The notes under the pieces were generated by a model that was given only the letters and a program-made list of their open reading frames with translations, ran no database searches and was not told the origin of the DNA. Of a stretch of DNA of 64,000 nucleotides, positions 47,458 to 57,669 are shown in pieces; the first letter of the stretch is position 1, and each line of letters begins with the position of its first letter. Source of the stretch: Candidatus Latescibacterota bacterium. Its GTDB lineage: Bacteria; Latescibacterota; UBA2968; UBA8231. Both the position numbers and the translations under genes were made by a program. Location: positions 2,528,001 to 2,592,000 of the forward strand of contig CBDFJF010000002.1 in assembly GCA_965248265.1 (NCBI GenBank). The letters run 5' to 3'.

Positions 47458-48516
47458 ATGAATCATTCACCGCCGTATCCCGAGGGTATCAAGATCGGGA
47501 ATTTCTTCCCGCCCGAGCACTGCGGCGCTTCCGGGGGGTTGCTGTCTCTTACTACCGACGAGGAAGGGGCCGCTGAGGATTGGGCGTTCCTCCGTCACAC
47601 CGGTGTCGAGTACCTCTCCACATGGACGACCATCGACGGCTCCAGCTACGAGGCCATGCTACGGCACCGCCAGCAGGTGGAGGCCCAGGGCATCAAGGTC
47701 TACAACATCGGTATCCTTGATCTACACTGCGACCCGACGATCGTGCTCGGGCTCAGAGGAGTTGACGAGAAGATCGACCAGTACCAGCAATACCTGCGAA
47801 ATCTGGGCAAGGCCGGCATCCCCTATACCACCTACGCCCACATGGCGAATCTCAAAAACCAGGCCATCCCGGGTTATTATCAGACAGCCAACGTGCGTGA
47901 CCGGGGTGGGGCAACGACGCGCGAGTTCGACCTCGACGTTGCCAACCAGCTGCCGCTCTCGCAGGACAGGGATTACCCAGAAGATCACATCTGGGGCACT
48001 TTTACCGACTTCATTCGCGCTGTGATGCCGGTGGCCGAGGAAGCGGGTGTCCGCATCGGCCTGCACCCCGACGATCCACCGGTCGCCTCGCTGGGGGGCA
48101 TTGCGCGTTGCTTCCGTAATTTCCAGGCCTTCGAGCGGGCCATGGAGATTGCCGACAGCGATAACTTCGGTCTCTGCTTCTGTGCCGGAACCTGGGCAGA
48201 GGGCGGCCCGATGATGGGGAAAGACGCGTTGGAAATGATCCGACACTACGGATTCCACAAGAAGATCTTCAAAGTGCATTTCCGCAATGTTGACCGCCCC
48301 TTACCGAAGTTTCAGGAGACCTTCATCGACAACGGATATCTCGACGCGTACCAGGTGATGCGGGCGCTTCGGGAAGTCGAATTTGATGGTATAATTGTCC
48401 CCGATCACGTCCCTGCCGGGGGCTATCCACAGGTGAACAACGCGTACACGATCGGTTATATGAAAGCCCTTCGCGATCGCGTCAATGAAGAGTTTGGGGA
48501 GGTGGGACCGCGATGA
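47458..48516 (+). CDS. Mannonate dehydratase (UxuA) family protein
   Basis: PVAEEAGVRIGLHPDDPP, GLCFCAG, VHFRNV, FQETFIDNG, PDHVP, YTIGYMKA. Confidence 0.88.
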   Translation: MNHSPPYPEGIKIGNFFPPEHCGASGGLLSLTTDEEGAAEDWAFLRHTGVEYLSTWTTIDGSSYEAMLRHRQQVEAQGIKVYNIGILDLHCDPTIVLGLRGVDEKIDQYQQYLRNLGKAGIPYTTYAHMANLKNQAIPGYYQTANVRDRGGATTREFDLDVANQLPLSQDRDYPEDHIWGTFTDFIRAVMPVAEEAGVRIGLHPDDPPVASLGGIARCFRNFQAFERAMEIADSDNFGLCFCAGTWAEGGPMMGKDALEMIRHYGFHKKIFKVHFRNVDRPLPKFQETFIDNGYLDAYQVMRALREVEFDGIIVPDHVPAGGYPQVNNAYTIGYMKALRDRVNEEFGEVGPR

Positions 48517-49352
48517 ATGACGTGGAGAAGTACGAATTCGACCGTCTGGGTTACCTGGTGATTCCCAACCTGCTCTCACCGGAGCAGGTGGCTTCACTGG
48601 TGCCTGTCGTCGACGGGGTGGAGGAGCATGCCGTCGAGCACGTCGACGAGCCCCCACGCAAGAGAAGCGGCTGGGGCATGGACACCCATAGCAATCCCGA
48701 GCGCGGCTACCACGTGTACGGAGCAAGGGGAGACAGCAAGACGATCGTCATCGAGGATTTCTGGAACGCGGACCCGGCATTCGATTTCCTCATGGATTGG
48801 CCTCGCACGATGGAATACGTCAACGCCGTGATACGCGGCCGGCCGACGATCAACAACTCTGAGATCCGCATTCGCTACAAGGGGAATCAATCGCCCAGTC
48901 ATGGCGGCGGCGGCAGACCGGTGAATCACAAATACCGCTACAATGCCGACGATCAGGGTATCGACTGCATGATGGTGCGGATGGTGTATTTCATCCACGA
49001 TGTGAGTGACGAACAGGGCGCATTCAGCGTCGTTCCGGGAGCACACAAGTCCAGCTTCCCAACTCCGTATGAAGCGAATCCGGACACCATGCCGGGCATG
49101 ATCGGTCTGCAGGTGAACGCCGGGGATGGCATCTTCTTCACCGAGGCCCTGACCCACGGGGGCCTGACCAACCACTCCGAGCAGGTGCGCAAAACGCTGC
49201 ACGTGGGATACGGGCCGAACTGGATGCTGTCGCAGAACATCGCGACCATGGATGAGCCGCAACATCTGACCGAACAAACCCGGACCCGACTCAGCGAAGA
49301 GCGCCGGGATCTGTTTCGTAGCTGGCCCGAGAATCCCAAACCACGCGGTTAG
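48513..49352 (+). CDS. Phytanoyl-CoA dioxygenase (PhyH) family protein
   Basis: YEFDRLGYL, SHGG, VVPGAHKS, AGDGIFFTEALTHG, RKT. Confidence 0.85.
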   Translation: MNDVEKYEFDRLGYLVIPNLLSPEQVASLVPVVDGVEEHAVEHVDEPPRKRSGWGMDTHSNPERGYHVYGARGDSKTIVIEDFWNADPAFDFLMDWPRTMEYVNAVIRGRPTINNSEIRIRYKGNQSPSHGGGGRPVNHKYRYNADDQGIDCMMVRMVYFIHDVSDEQGAFSVVPGAHKSSFPTPYEANPDTMPGMIGLQVNAGDGIFFTEALTHGGLTNHSEQVRKTLHVGYGPNWMLSQNIATMDEPQHLTEQTRTRLSEERRDLFRSWPENPKPRG

Positions 49353-49405
49353 GGATGTGTCCAGCGAGTGATTAGCTTTGGCGGCGTGAAGGCACTGAGA
49401 ATACA

Positions 49406-50308
49406 GTGAAGGAACTGAGAATACATCAGGTCGACGCGTTTACGGACGCTCTCTTCGGAGGCAATCCCACTGCCGTGGTCTGCGACGCCGATGTTCTCGA
49501 TGACGACGAGATGCGCAAGATCGCCCGCGAGATGAACCTCTCCGAATCGGTGTTCCTGCTGCCAAGCGACCAGGCCGACGTCAAACTGCGGTTTTTTACT
49601 CCCCCCGGTGACGAGATCAAGTTCTGCGGCCATGCAACGGTCGGCGCCCTCTACACGATTGCGACCCAGCAGCTGTACGAGACCAGCGCCAGCGGCGGGA
49701 GGCAACAGCTGACGATCGAGACCAATGCCGGCGTGTTGACTACCGACCTCGACTTCGACGGTGGTCCATCCCCCGGCATCATCCTCGACTGTCCCAAGAT
49801 AGACCTGGTGCCGACGAAGTACGAACTGGCGGATGTGGTGTCCGCGATGGGTCTGAAAGAGGATCAGGTGGACTGGGACAAGCCGCTGATGCTGGAGCGG
49901 ACCAACAATTATTTGTACTTCGCAGCTCCAAATATTGAGGTCCTGCAAGAGATCGAACTCGACGTGCGCGGTGCCATCGAGTTCGCTCAGAATGACCACA
50001 TCGTCGTGTTCTGCGTCATGACGGCGCAGGCCCTCGACGCCGCCAACCATGTCCATGCCCGCGGTTACGCCCCGCTCGTCGGGGTCCCCGAAGACCCGTT
50101 CACCGGATCGATGCAGGGTGGTCTGGCGGCCTACCTGGTCGCCAATGACATGGTAGGTGCTGATCTGTCCCTCATAGGCTCGGAACAGGGTCACTTCATC
50201 GGCCGGCCTGGCCAGGTGCGCATCGAGATCGTCGAGCGGGCGCCGCAATTCCGCGCGCGCATGCACGCCAGTGCCGTCGCCGTGTTTGAGACCGTGCTGA
50301 CATTGTAA
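49406..50308 (+). CDS. PhzF/YHI9 family epimerase/isomerase
   Basis: VDAFT..GNPTAV, EMNLSES, EIKFCGHAT, EDPFTGS, EQG. Confidence 0.92.
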   Translation: MKELRIHQVDAFTDALFGGNPTAVVCDADVLDDDEMRKIAREMNLSESVFLLPSDQADVKLRFFTPPGDEIKFCGHATVGALYTIATQQLYETSASGGRQQLTIETNAGVLTTDLDFDGGPSPGIILDCPKIDLVPTKYELADVVSAMGLKEDQVDWDKPLMLERTNNYLYFAAPNIEVLQEIELDVRGAIEFAQNDHIVVFCVMTAQALDAANHVHARGYAPLVGVPEDPFTGSMQGGLAAYLVANDMVGADLSLIGSEQGHFIGRPGQVRIEIVERAPQFRARMHASAVAVFETVLTL

Positions 50309-50362
50309 TGACGGCGTCAAGATTCTGAACGAAGGACATCCAATCAACATATGGAGGGTGTT

Positions 50363-52339
50363 GTGACCACGACTGGCCCGGCCCCATCAATCGTTGCATC
50401 CAGGATTTCGGCACCTCCGGAGTGGGCCCTGCTTCAACGCCAGCTCATGGAGGTGAATGAGCAGAACGCGGCGCTGGTGCTCGAAAAGCACTGCGCACCC
50501 GGTGGTATGCCGTACTACGCCGATGATGTGGACGATTTCTATGAAATCGTGTGCAACTGGGGACTCCTCTATGCAATGGGATCTCGTAAGCAGGTCTTCG
50601 AAGATGCCATGTCGCTGTGGAACGCGACGACGAGGACGAACGAGATACCGCGCGGCAATCCGGTCTTCAAATGGATGGTGCCACAGATACACAACGAGTA
50701 CTACTGCATGGCCCCGCAGGAGGATTCGACCTGGATCCCGGGACGGCGCATGGTCAACGAATGGCACCATCAGAGTGAGGGCAATATGGCCTTCTACGGC
50801 TTTGGTCTGGCTGATCCTACGGTGCCCGAGTCGCGCGACCGAGCCGTCCGTTTCGCCAACATGTATATCGGTGAGGACCCGGAGGCGCCCAACTGGGACC
50901 CCAAGCACAAGATCATCCGCTCGCCGTTTCCGACCAGCAAGGGACCGGTCTTCGAGATCTCCGTGGAGAACGTGATGGCCTACCTGCACGGCAGTCGCGC
51001 CGTGCACGGACAGTACCTCTTCAAGGAGATGGGCACGATGGCGACCCTGTACCCGGTCGTCAAGGAGGTGGAGGAGGGTTGGTGGAAAACGCCGGCACGG
51101 GCCGCGGAGGTCGTCGACACCTTCGGCAAGGTGGTCCTCAACGGTGATATCGCCAACAACCTGGCTGTCTGTTCTCTCGTCACCAACGCCTATCTCTACA
51201 CCGGGGAAGATCAGTTCAAGAAGTGGGTCCTCGATTACATAGAAGTGTGGATGGACCGGATCAAGAGGAACTCGGGTATCATCCCTGACAACGTCGGCCC
51301 GACGGGGAAGATCGGCGAGAATCGGGAAGGCCAGTGGTGGGGCGGATTGTTCGGGTGGAGCTACTACATGGGCTTCAACATCATGTTTCACGGTCTTACG
51401 GCGGCCTCGGAGTGCGCCCAGATGATGACGGGTGACTCCGGCTACCTCGAGCTGCTGCGCTCACAGCTCAAGGTAATCGCCGACAACTCGATCGAGGGGG
51501 ACGACGGCCAGCGACTGGTCCGCTATCGACATGATCATCGCGGCTGGGTCAATGACAGCGAGTATGGACACCTGGGCGCCAAGCCAATGCGGGGTAAAGA
51601 TATCGGCCACCTCTACCACGCCTCGCTGTCATCACAAGACTACGAGTTGGTCACCTTTTTCCGCGACGGAGAGGTGCGCCGCGACTGGAACGACGAACTG
51701 GGACGCGGGGAAAAGGACGACGGCGACTCGGAGCTCAGCCGCTTTCAGTACTACGACGGAAAAAACCCGAATTGGCCAGTACGGATTCTGCGCAAGGAGC
51801 TGGGGCAGGCGATCCAGAGCCACCAGGATCTACGGAACGAGAACCGCAGCCCCCAGCAGCTGGTGAACGATCATATGCACCCCCGGCACGCTGTGTACAC
51901 ACGGGCATTGATACAGACCATGTTCGGTTGCCCGCAGACCGTCTACAACGGCTCCCTGCTGCGGGCGACGGTCCGCTACTACGACGCGCAGGCCCGGCGA
52001 CCGGGGCTGCCACCTGACACGGCGGCCTTCGTGGATGAGATAAAACCCGATTCAGCGGGTCTGCAGTTGGTTAATCTCAGTCCGAATGCCATCAGCGACG
52101 TCATTCTTCAGGCCGGCGCCTTTGGTGAGCATGAGTTCACGGAGGTGAGGTGGCAGGGAAAAGGGGATTCGAAAGAAGGCAAGACCATCAGCGGCCGGCA
52201 TTTCACCGTCAGGCTGCCGCCGTCAACGGCGATCCGCCTCGATCTGGGTCTCAAGCGCTTCACCAGCCAACCCTCATACGCCCATCCCTGGCACGGCGGC
52301 GAAGTGCCGGTGGCCATCGAGCATGAACTGGCGGAATGA
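50363..52339 (+). CDS. Uncharacterised protein (DDFYE / EWHHxxEG family), paralog 2, complete
   Basis: PPEWALLQRQL, DDFYE, EWHHQSEG, GEDPEAPNWDP, IPDNVGPTGKIGE, QYYDGKNP, RPGLP; GTG after GGAGG. Confidence 0.85.
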   Translation: MTTTGPAPSIVASRISAPPEWALLQRQLMEVNEQNAALVLEKHCAPGGMPYYADDVDDFYEIVCNWGLLYAMGSRKQVFEDAMSLWNATTRTNEIPRGNPVFKWMVPQIHNEYYCMAPQEDSTWIPGRRMVNEWHHQSEGNMAFYGFGLADPTVPESRDRAVRFANMYIGEDPEAPNWDPKHKIIRSPFPTSKGPVFEISVENVMAYLHGSRAVHGQYLFKEMGTMATLYPVVKEVEEGWWKTPARAAEVVDTFGKVVLNGDIANNLAVCSLVTNAYLYTGEDQFKKWVLDYIEVWMDRIKRNSGIIPDNVGPTGKIGENREGQWWGGLFGWSYYMGFNIMFHGLTAASECAQMMTGDSGYLELLRSQLKVIADNSIEGDDGQRLVRYRHDHRGWVNDSEYGHLGAKPMRGKDIGHLYHASLSSQDYELVTFFRDGEVRRDWNDELGRGEKDDGDSELSRFQYYDGKNPNWPVRILRKELGQAIQSHQDLRNENRSPQQLVNDHMHPRHAVYTRALIQTMFGCPQTVYNGSLLRATVRYYDAQARRPGLPPDTAAFVDEIKPDSAGLQLVNLSPNAISDVILQAGAFGEHEFTEVRWQGKGDSKEGKTISGRHFTVRLPPSTAIRLDLGLKRFTSQPSYAHPWHGGEVPVAIEHELAE

Positions 52340-52357
52340 CCAGAGGAGAGTGACAGC

Positions 52358-53509
52358 ATGGCGACATCAAACGGGGTGAAGTACCGGGTAGCCGTTATCG
52401 GCTGCGGCAGTCACGGCACGCGACTGGCGCGCACCATCGACCTCAACCCGCTGTGCGAGGTCGTGTGCGGTGTGAACCGCGGTCAGGAAGGGCTCGACCT
52501 GTTCTGCGAGCGCTTCGGTGTCCACGGGTACAGTGACTACCGCGAGATGCTGGAGAAGGAACGGTTCGAGATCGCGCTGATGGGCCTGCCTGTAAACGTC
52601 AATGCCGAAATCGTCACCGCCTGCGCCGAGAAGGAGGGTGTCGTCGGCATCATGAGTGAGAAGCCGGTGGCTACGAGTCTGGCTGAAGCCGATCGGGCGG
52701 TCGAGGCCTGTGCATCGCGCGGCATCCCGTGGGCCTCCGGGGACATGTTTCGGAATTCACCTCAGATTTGGAAGGCCAGGGAGCTGGTCGAAGCGGGCGA
52801 AATAGGTGACGTGCAGTCCATCGAGGTGTTCGGTGCGGGGGGAAACCAGATGTCGGGTCAGGGATGCCGGCAGCTCACCGACGCCTTCATGTTCGCCGGC
52901 GATGCCGACATCGATTGGGTGGTCGGGGCTGTCGACGGCAATCCGGCCGATGCCGAACTGGGGGAGATCGACGAACACAGCGACCACGACCAGGGCATCG
53001 TGTTCGGTTTCGTCCAGTTTGCCAACGGGGCGACCGCTCATCTGCACAAGAATATTGCTGCCAAGAACGGCATCGAAGTGCACGGGAGCACGGGTGTTCT
53101 CTACATTGGTCAAAGCAGGGTCGGCAAGATCTGGCACAGGGATGGTGCTGAGCTAAAGCTGGCCGGCAGCTTGTTCGATTACCCGGATACCGCCCACACA
53201 GCCTTGCGGGCCGATTTCGACGAGGACGGCTGGGAGGTTCAGCGCACCCGCATGACGGACAGCGTCGACGCCTTCGTCGAGGCCGTGGATAAGGGCACGC
53301 CCGCCAAATGTAGCGGCGCTGATGTGGCCAAGGCGCTGGAACTGGCCATCGCCGTGCGCGAGTCACACCGGCGCGGCATCGTCAAGGTCAACCTGCCGTT
53401 GGAGGATCGCGAACTGAAGATCATTCCCAGCGCCAGGCGCTACGTGGGCCGTCGGGAATGCGAGGGTACGGAGGCTTTCATGGAGTTCGTGAAAGGGTAC
53501 AAGCGCTAG
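52358..53509 (+). CDS. Gfo/Idh/MocA family oxidoreductase
   Basis: RVAVIGCGSHG, SEKPVA, ALELAIAVRESHRRG..LPLEDR. Confidence 0.9.
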   Translation: MATSNGVKYRVAVIGCGSHGTRLARTIDLNPLCEVVCGVNRGQEGLDLFCERFGVHGYSDYREMLEKERFEIALMGLPVNVNAEIVTACAEKEGVVGIMSEKPVATSLAEADRAVEACASRGIPWASGDMFRNSPQIWKARELVEAGEIGDVQSIEVFGAGGNQMSGQGCRQLTDAFMFAGDADIDWVVGAVDGNPADAELGEIDEHSDHDQGIVFGFVQFANGATAHLHKNIAAKNGIEVHGSTGVLYIGQSRVGKIWHRDGAELKLAGSLFDYPDTAHTALRADFDEDGWEVQRTRMTDSVDAFVEAVDKGTPAKCSGADVAKALELAIAVRESHRRGIVKVNLPLEDRELKIIPSARRYVGRRECEGTEAFMEFVKGYKR

Positions 53510-53513
53510 AACG

Positions 53514-53792
53514 GATGATCGGCCGAGCCAACAGCGCTTTGCGGGCTTGCCTGTTGCTGTGCGTACTTGCTCTGTCGGCTCCGGCGGAGTTGTCCGCGAC
53601 GGAGCCGGACCGTTCCGTCGCGCAAAAAAGATCATCTCCTTCCGCGGCCCCAACGCCCGCGGGTTGGCCCAAGACATCGAAAAGATGGAGAGACTGCTGC
53701 CGGGAATCGACGGCGTCGCCATCTATCCGAGCACCTATGGTGAGGGGATACCCACCGACGATGTCGGGCCCTATGGCTCCACTCGTTTCTAA
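53514..53792 (+). pseudogene. Probable remnant of a secreted-protein gene
   Basis: Signal peptide (ALRACLLLCVLALSAPA) joins KKIISFRGP..IEKMERLLPGIDGVAIYP if one A is added to the A6 run at 53624-53629; then terminates early. Confidence 0.4.
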
Positions 53793-53828
53793 ACCCAAAA
53801 CGAACGGCCACTCGAAAGGAACCCACTG

Positions 53829-54653
53829 GTGATGCTCAGCACGGTGGATGTACCCGAGATCCTCGAGCAACAGTACGCGGCAAACAAACAGCTGGCAGGA
53901 GAAATCGCCGAAGCTCTGGAAGGATCGGGCAAACAAGAGCGGCTGGATGCAGACGTCGACCTGCTGGCGTTCGAGGAACTGGCCTACGTCCATATCCGCG
54001 GGCAGGCCTATTTCAAGTTCTATCACAGCGACCGCCTGTTGCGCATGTTCTCGGCGGGAGACCTGGTACAGGCCGGCCCAAGATTCAGAGGCTCGGAGGC
54101 CAGGATCGTCTGTGATTTTGCAGCCGACGTGACCATTTACTCACCGTCAGAGGTGACGCAAGCGCTCGCTGACAAACCCGGTTTGCTGGCACAGTGGATA
54201 CAGTATTTCGAGAATGAGCAGACGATCATCTACGGCTTGTGTGCCCGCTATTCCCAGGTGGACAACCAGCCCGACATCCGCTTGAAGCACTTCCACCCCG
54301 GCGATGTCATCATCAGCGAAGGGGAACCTTCATCCGAAGTGCTGTGCCTCATCGATGGGTTGGCGCAAGTGACATCTCACGACGTAGTGGTAGGGGAAGT
54401 CAGGCCTTCCGAGTTTTTCGGTGAAATCGGCTTTCTGTTGAATCAGGATCGCACCGCCGCGGTGATCGCCGTCAAAGCCTGCACCGTTCAGATCATCGAT
54501 ACCAGCGAATTTGTCGAGTTCATCAAGCACAATCCGCAGGTCATCATCTCCCTGGCAACGACGCTCGCGGGGCGAATCGTCGAACTCAACGATCGGGTCG
54601 TTACTGCTGACGCTGTATCTGTTGGTCGCCGCCGCCACGATATTCCGCGCTGA
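53829..54653 (+). CDS. Cyclic nucleotide-binding domain protein (no HTH)
   Basis: FHPGDVIISEG, FFGEIGFL..RTAAVIA; degenerate N-terminal repeat. Confidence 0.8.
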   Translation: MMLSTVDVPEILEQQYAANKQLAGEIAEALEGSGKQERLDADVDLLAFEELAYVHIRGQAYFKFYHSDRLLRMFSAGDLVQAGPRFRGSEARIVCDFAADVTIYSPSEVTQALADKPGLLAQWIQYFENEQTIIYGLCARYSQVDNQPDIRLKHFHPGDVIISEGEPSSEVLCLIDGLAQVTSHDVVVGEVRPSEFFGEIGFLLNQDRTAAVIAVKACTVQIIDTSEFVEFIKHNPQVIISLATTLAGRIVELNDRVVTADAVSVGRRRHDIPR

Positions 54654-54710
54654 TTGACAGGATCCACGATGTCTTCCGCGTTGCACAGATTCATCGAATC
54701 TGAGGTCAAG

Positions 54711-55577
54711 ATGATGAGAACGAAAATAGCGTTAGGGCTTGCCGTAATCGTGTCCAACGCTGCATGGGCTGGCTCGTTGGACATCGCGCCGGGCGGTTAC
54801 GGTCTCAGCATCGGCAATTCCAAGCGCATCACCGGTCTACGGATCAACGCGCGCGACACCGACGTCGAACAAATCAACGAAATCAACCTGACATTGTGGA
54901 AGGCTGGTAAGAATCCAGCCGCAAAGCTCAACGGCATCGCCGCCGGACTGGTCGGGCCTGAGGGTCAACAGCTCAACGGTGTCGCCCTGGGGTTGCTCGG
55001 TGCGGGGGCGCATGGTTCGGTTCGGGGCATTGCCATCGGCGGGTTGGGGATTGGGGCCGGCGCGAATGCGACTGGATTGATGATCGGAGGTTTTGGAGCC
55101 GGGGCAGGTGAGAGCGTAACCGGCATTGTTATCGGCGGTCTGGGCGTGGGAGCTGGTGAAAGTATCAGGGGCATCGCCATCGGTGGTCTGGGAGTGGGGG
55201 CGGGGGCAGAGATCACCGGCCTGGCACTCGGTGTTGTTGGCGCCGGAGCTGGCGAGAGGATACGCGGTATCGCCATCGGTGGCCTCGGCGTCGGCGCAGG
55301 GGAGCAAATCACCGGCGTCACCCTGAGTCTGCTGCGGGTGAAGGCCGGCAAGAAGATCGTTGGAGCTGCCGCCGGCCTGATCGTGTCGGCCAAGGAAATC
55401 CGCGGGTTGACTGTTGGCGGGGCAAACGGCATCGAGTCAGATCTGTTCACCGGTCTGTCGATCGGTGGATTCAACTGCACCGAAGAGCTTCACGGCGTGC
55501 AGCTGGGGTTGCTCAACTACGCGGGAAACAACCCGCGCTGGGCTCGGTGGCTGCCTCTGCTTAACATCCATCCCTGA
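54711..55577 (+). CDS. Secreted Gly-rich 16-aa tandem-repeat protein (LA_2272-like)
   Basis: Signal peptide; GIAIGGLGVGAGExIx repeats; C-terminal GVQLGLLN..LPLLN. Confidence 0.75.
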   Translation: MMRTKIALGLAVIVSNAAWAGSLDIAPGGYGLSIGNSKRITGLRINARDTDVEQINEINLTLWKAGKNPAAKLNGIAAGLVGPEGQQLNGVALGLLGAGAHGSVRGIAIGGLGIGAGANATGLMIGGFGAGAGESVTGIVIGGLGVGAGESIRGIAIGGLGVGAGAEITGLALGVVGAGAGERIRGIAIGGLGVGAGEQITGVTLSLLRVKAGKKIVGAAAGLIVSAKEIRGLTVGGANGIESDLFTGLSIGGFNCTEELHGVQLGLLNYAGNNPRWARWLPLLNIHP

Positions 55578-55662
55578 CCACCAACGTCACCGGAGGTTGA
55601 TTTCGATCCACAGCATACTCAATGTGCGGCTCTTCGGTTACGGCGTGCCATACCGAGCCGAG

Positions 55663-56412
55663 GTGAGCGACACGGATGGCGTGAATCCGTTACCGACCAA
55701 TGCCGATCAGGAGGCCAGCGACCTTGCCGGGGCATTGGCGCTGTTGGCGGGCGAGCAGGTCGACGCGATTCCCCCAGGGGAGGATGCATGGGCCGTATCG
55801 CTGCCGTTCGGAAGGTGCGGACTCGAGGGCAGGCCGCGAGAGCACCTGATCGTTCACGGTACGGAAGAAGCCTATCTCGATGTGCTTGACCTGGATGGCG
55901 CAAGGGTAACTCCGGTAGAGTCCAATCAGATTGTCGCCATCGAGCCCCAAACGGTCGTACGCTTGCGGGCCAGGTCCATGGCTGGCCGGCGAGTGCTGGT
56001 GGCGTTTCAGACGCAGGATCGCACTCCATTGATGGGACATGCTGCTCCGTTTACCCTCGATGGGGTGGTTCCGGAGGATTTCGCCGAGCGTCTGCGCAAG
56101 GTTCACGGCGTCTTCGCTGAGGTCCGTGGATTGTGGCGGGAAGATCGTTCAGCTTACCGGCAGGCGCTGGAGGGCTTCTTCGGTGACATGGCGACCCGAC
56201 TGGCCGGCAACGAGGAAGTGGCAGCCGTCGCCGCCGAGGCCCGCCGGGCTGGCTCCTACGATGTCGTTGACGAACGGGTGTTCTTCGACTTTCAGCGATC
56301 CATGCTGGATGCCGAGCTGCTGGAGCGGATCAGGTCGCAAGACGGCGAGCTCTTTCGCTTCCCAGGCATGTTCGGCGGCATTACGACGCTGTTCAACTAC
56401 CTGAAATCGTGA
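55663..56412 (+). CDS. Hypothetical protein (possible cupin-like N-terminus)
   Basis: In-frame GTG after CCGAG; codon usage typical of real genes; EHLIVHGTEE. Confidence 0.6.
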   Translation: MSDTDGVNPLPTNADQEASDLAGALALLAGEQVDAIPPGEDAWAVSLPFGRCGLEGRPREHLIVHGTEEAYLDVLDLDGARVTPVESNQIVAIEPQTVVRLRARSMAGRRVLVAFQTQDRTPLMGHAAPFTLDGVVPEDFAERLRKVHGVFAEVRGLWREDRSAYRQALEGFFGDMATRLAGNEEVAAVAAEARRAGSYDVVDERVFFDFQRSMLDAELLERIRSQDGELFRFPGMFGGITTLFNYLKS

Positions 56413-56441
56413 GCCCTTACTTCCAGAGACCCGCCCCTACC

Positions 56442-57551
56442 TCAACGAGCTGGGGCGGTGCGAACGCGCCGCGCCGCTTCGGCCAGTCGTGAGAGTTTTT
56501 CGAAGGCTTCATCGATAGACGGAGGGTCGGCGAGGCCGGGGGAGAAACCGCAGTCCGGATTCAGGGCGATGCGCTCCGGTGCCAGGTACTTCGCTCCTTC
56601 GCGGGCAATGGCCTCGATCTCTTCTACCGTCTGCAGTTCTTCACCGCGAATATCCAACACTCCCATGCCGACGCCCAGGTTTTGCGGTAGCAGCTTCAAG
56701 TCATCCACGGCTCCGGTGTCCTGGTAGGCAAATTCCAGATTAACCCGATCGACTTTCGCATCCTTCAGATAAGGCAGGATCGGTTTGTAGTCACCGGTCA
56801 CATCCGCTCTTCGCCGGTATACACTGTGACAGCAGTGCAGATGGATTTCTGCCTCGAGCCCTTCAACGATCCTGTTGATTGAATCGAGCGCTTCGGGGAT
56901 CTGCCGGTCGATGTCCCAATCCTGCTTCAGGCGCTCGTCGTGGGTCTCCCCATGGGTCTGGAGGGCGCGGTCGCAGAAGTAGGTCAGCGCTGGATCGTCG
57001 AGTTGAAGCACGTCGACGCCGGCCTGGACGATGGATTCCGCCTCCAGCCTGAGCAACTCGGCCAGGTGATCCATCAGGTGTTGCCGGGTGGGATAGGCCT
57101 CGGTGCTGAAGTCCTCGTGCCAGAAGCGCGTGGCCAGCAGGAACGGACTCGGCAACGCGAATTTGGTTACCCGGTCTGTGTTCCTCACGAGAAACTCAGC
57201 TTCACGAGCGAAGATGGGCCCCGGGTATTCCATCCTGCGCACGAAAACGTCCGCCTTCTTTGACTCTCCCTGGTGCGAGTAGGGGCGAATCTTCTCACAG
57301 CCGTTGACCGGGTCGAGGAAGGCGTTGATGTAACTGAAACGGGACCACTCTCCGTCGCTGATGACGTCGATCCCCGCCTGCTCCTGAAGACGGATCGCAA
57401 AGATGATCATCTCCCGCATCAGTTTGGCGAAGCGCTCTTCGGGCATCCCGCGGCGCCGTTCCCACAGGTCTCGGACAAGCTGCGGTCGGGGAAGTGATCC
57501 GATTACGTGGGTGTAGAAGTGGGGGAGAGAGGAGGTTCGAGTCGTAATCAT
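56442..57551 (-). CDS. Cobalamin-independent methionine synthase II family (catalytic half only)
   Basis: HVIGSLPRP, SDGEWSR, LQLDDP, HCC, LEFA, NPDCG. Confidence 0.88.
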   Translation of the reverse strand: MITTRTSSLPHFYTHVIGSLPRPQLVRDLWERRRGMPEERFAKLMREMIIFAIRLQEQAGIDVISDGEWSRFSYINAFLDPVNGCEKIRPYSHQGESKKADVFVRRMEYPGPIFAREAEFLVRNTDRVTKFALPSPFLLATRFWHEDFSTEAYPTRQHLMDHLAELLRLEAESIVQAGVDVLQLDDPALTYFCDRALQTHGETHDERLKQDWDIDRQIPEALDSINRIVEGLEAEIHLHCCHSVYRRRADVTGDYKPILPYLKDAKVDRVNLEFAYQDTGAVDDLKLLPQNLGVGMGVLDIRGEELQTVEEIEAIAREGAKYLAPERIALNPDCGFSPGLADPPSIDEAFEKLSRLAEAARRVRTAPAR

Positions 57552-57669
57552 ATCGTTCTCCACATGGATGCCCTATTTTCCCTCTCAATACTGCCCATTT
57601 CCGAGAAGGGGTAGTCCGGAGTTTCTTGGTAGTGAGCAGTCAACTTCCGATCGTAATCTGTGAACGTCA

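Noticed and set aside
49406-50308. Phenazine biosynthesis cluster
   Set aside because: Only a lone PhzF-like gene; no phzA/B/D/E/G.
54900-55330. Periodic 48-bp pattern as a CRISPR array
   Set aside because: It is a coding repeat with synonymous variation; no invariant repeat/unique spacer structure and no cas genes.
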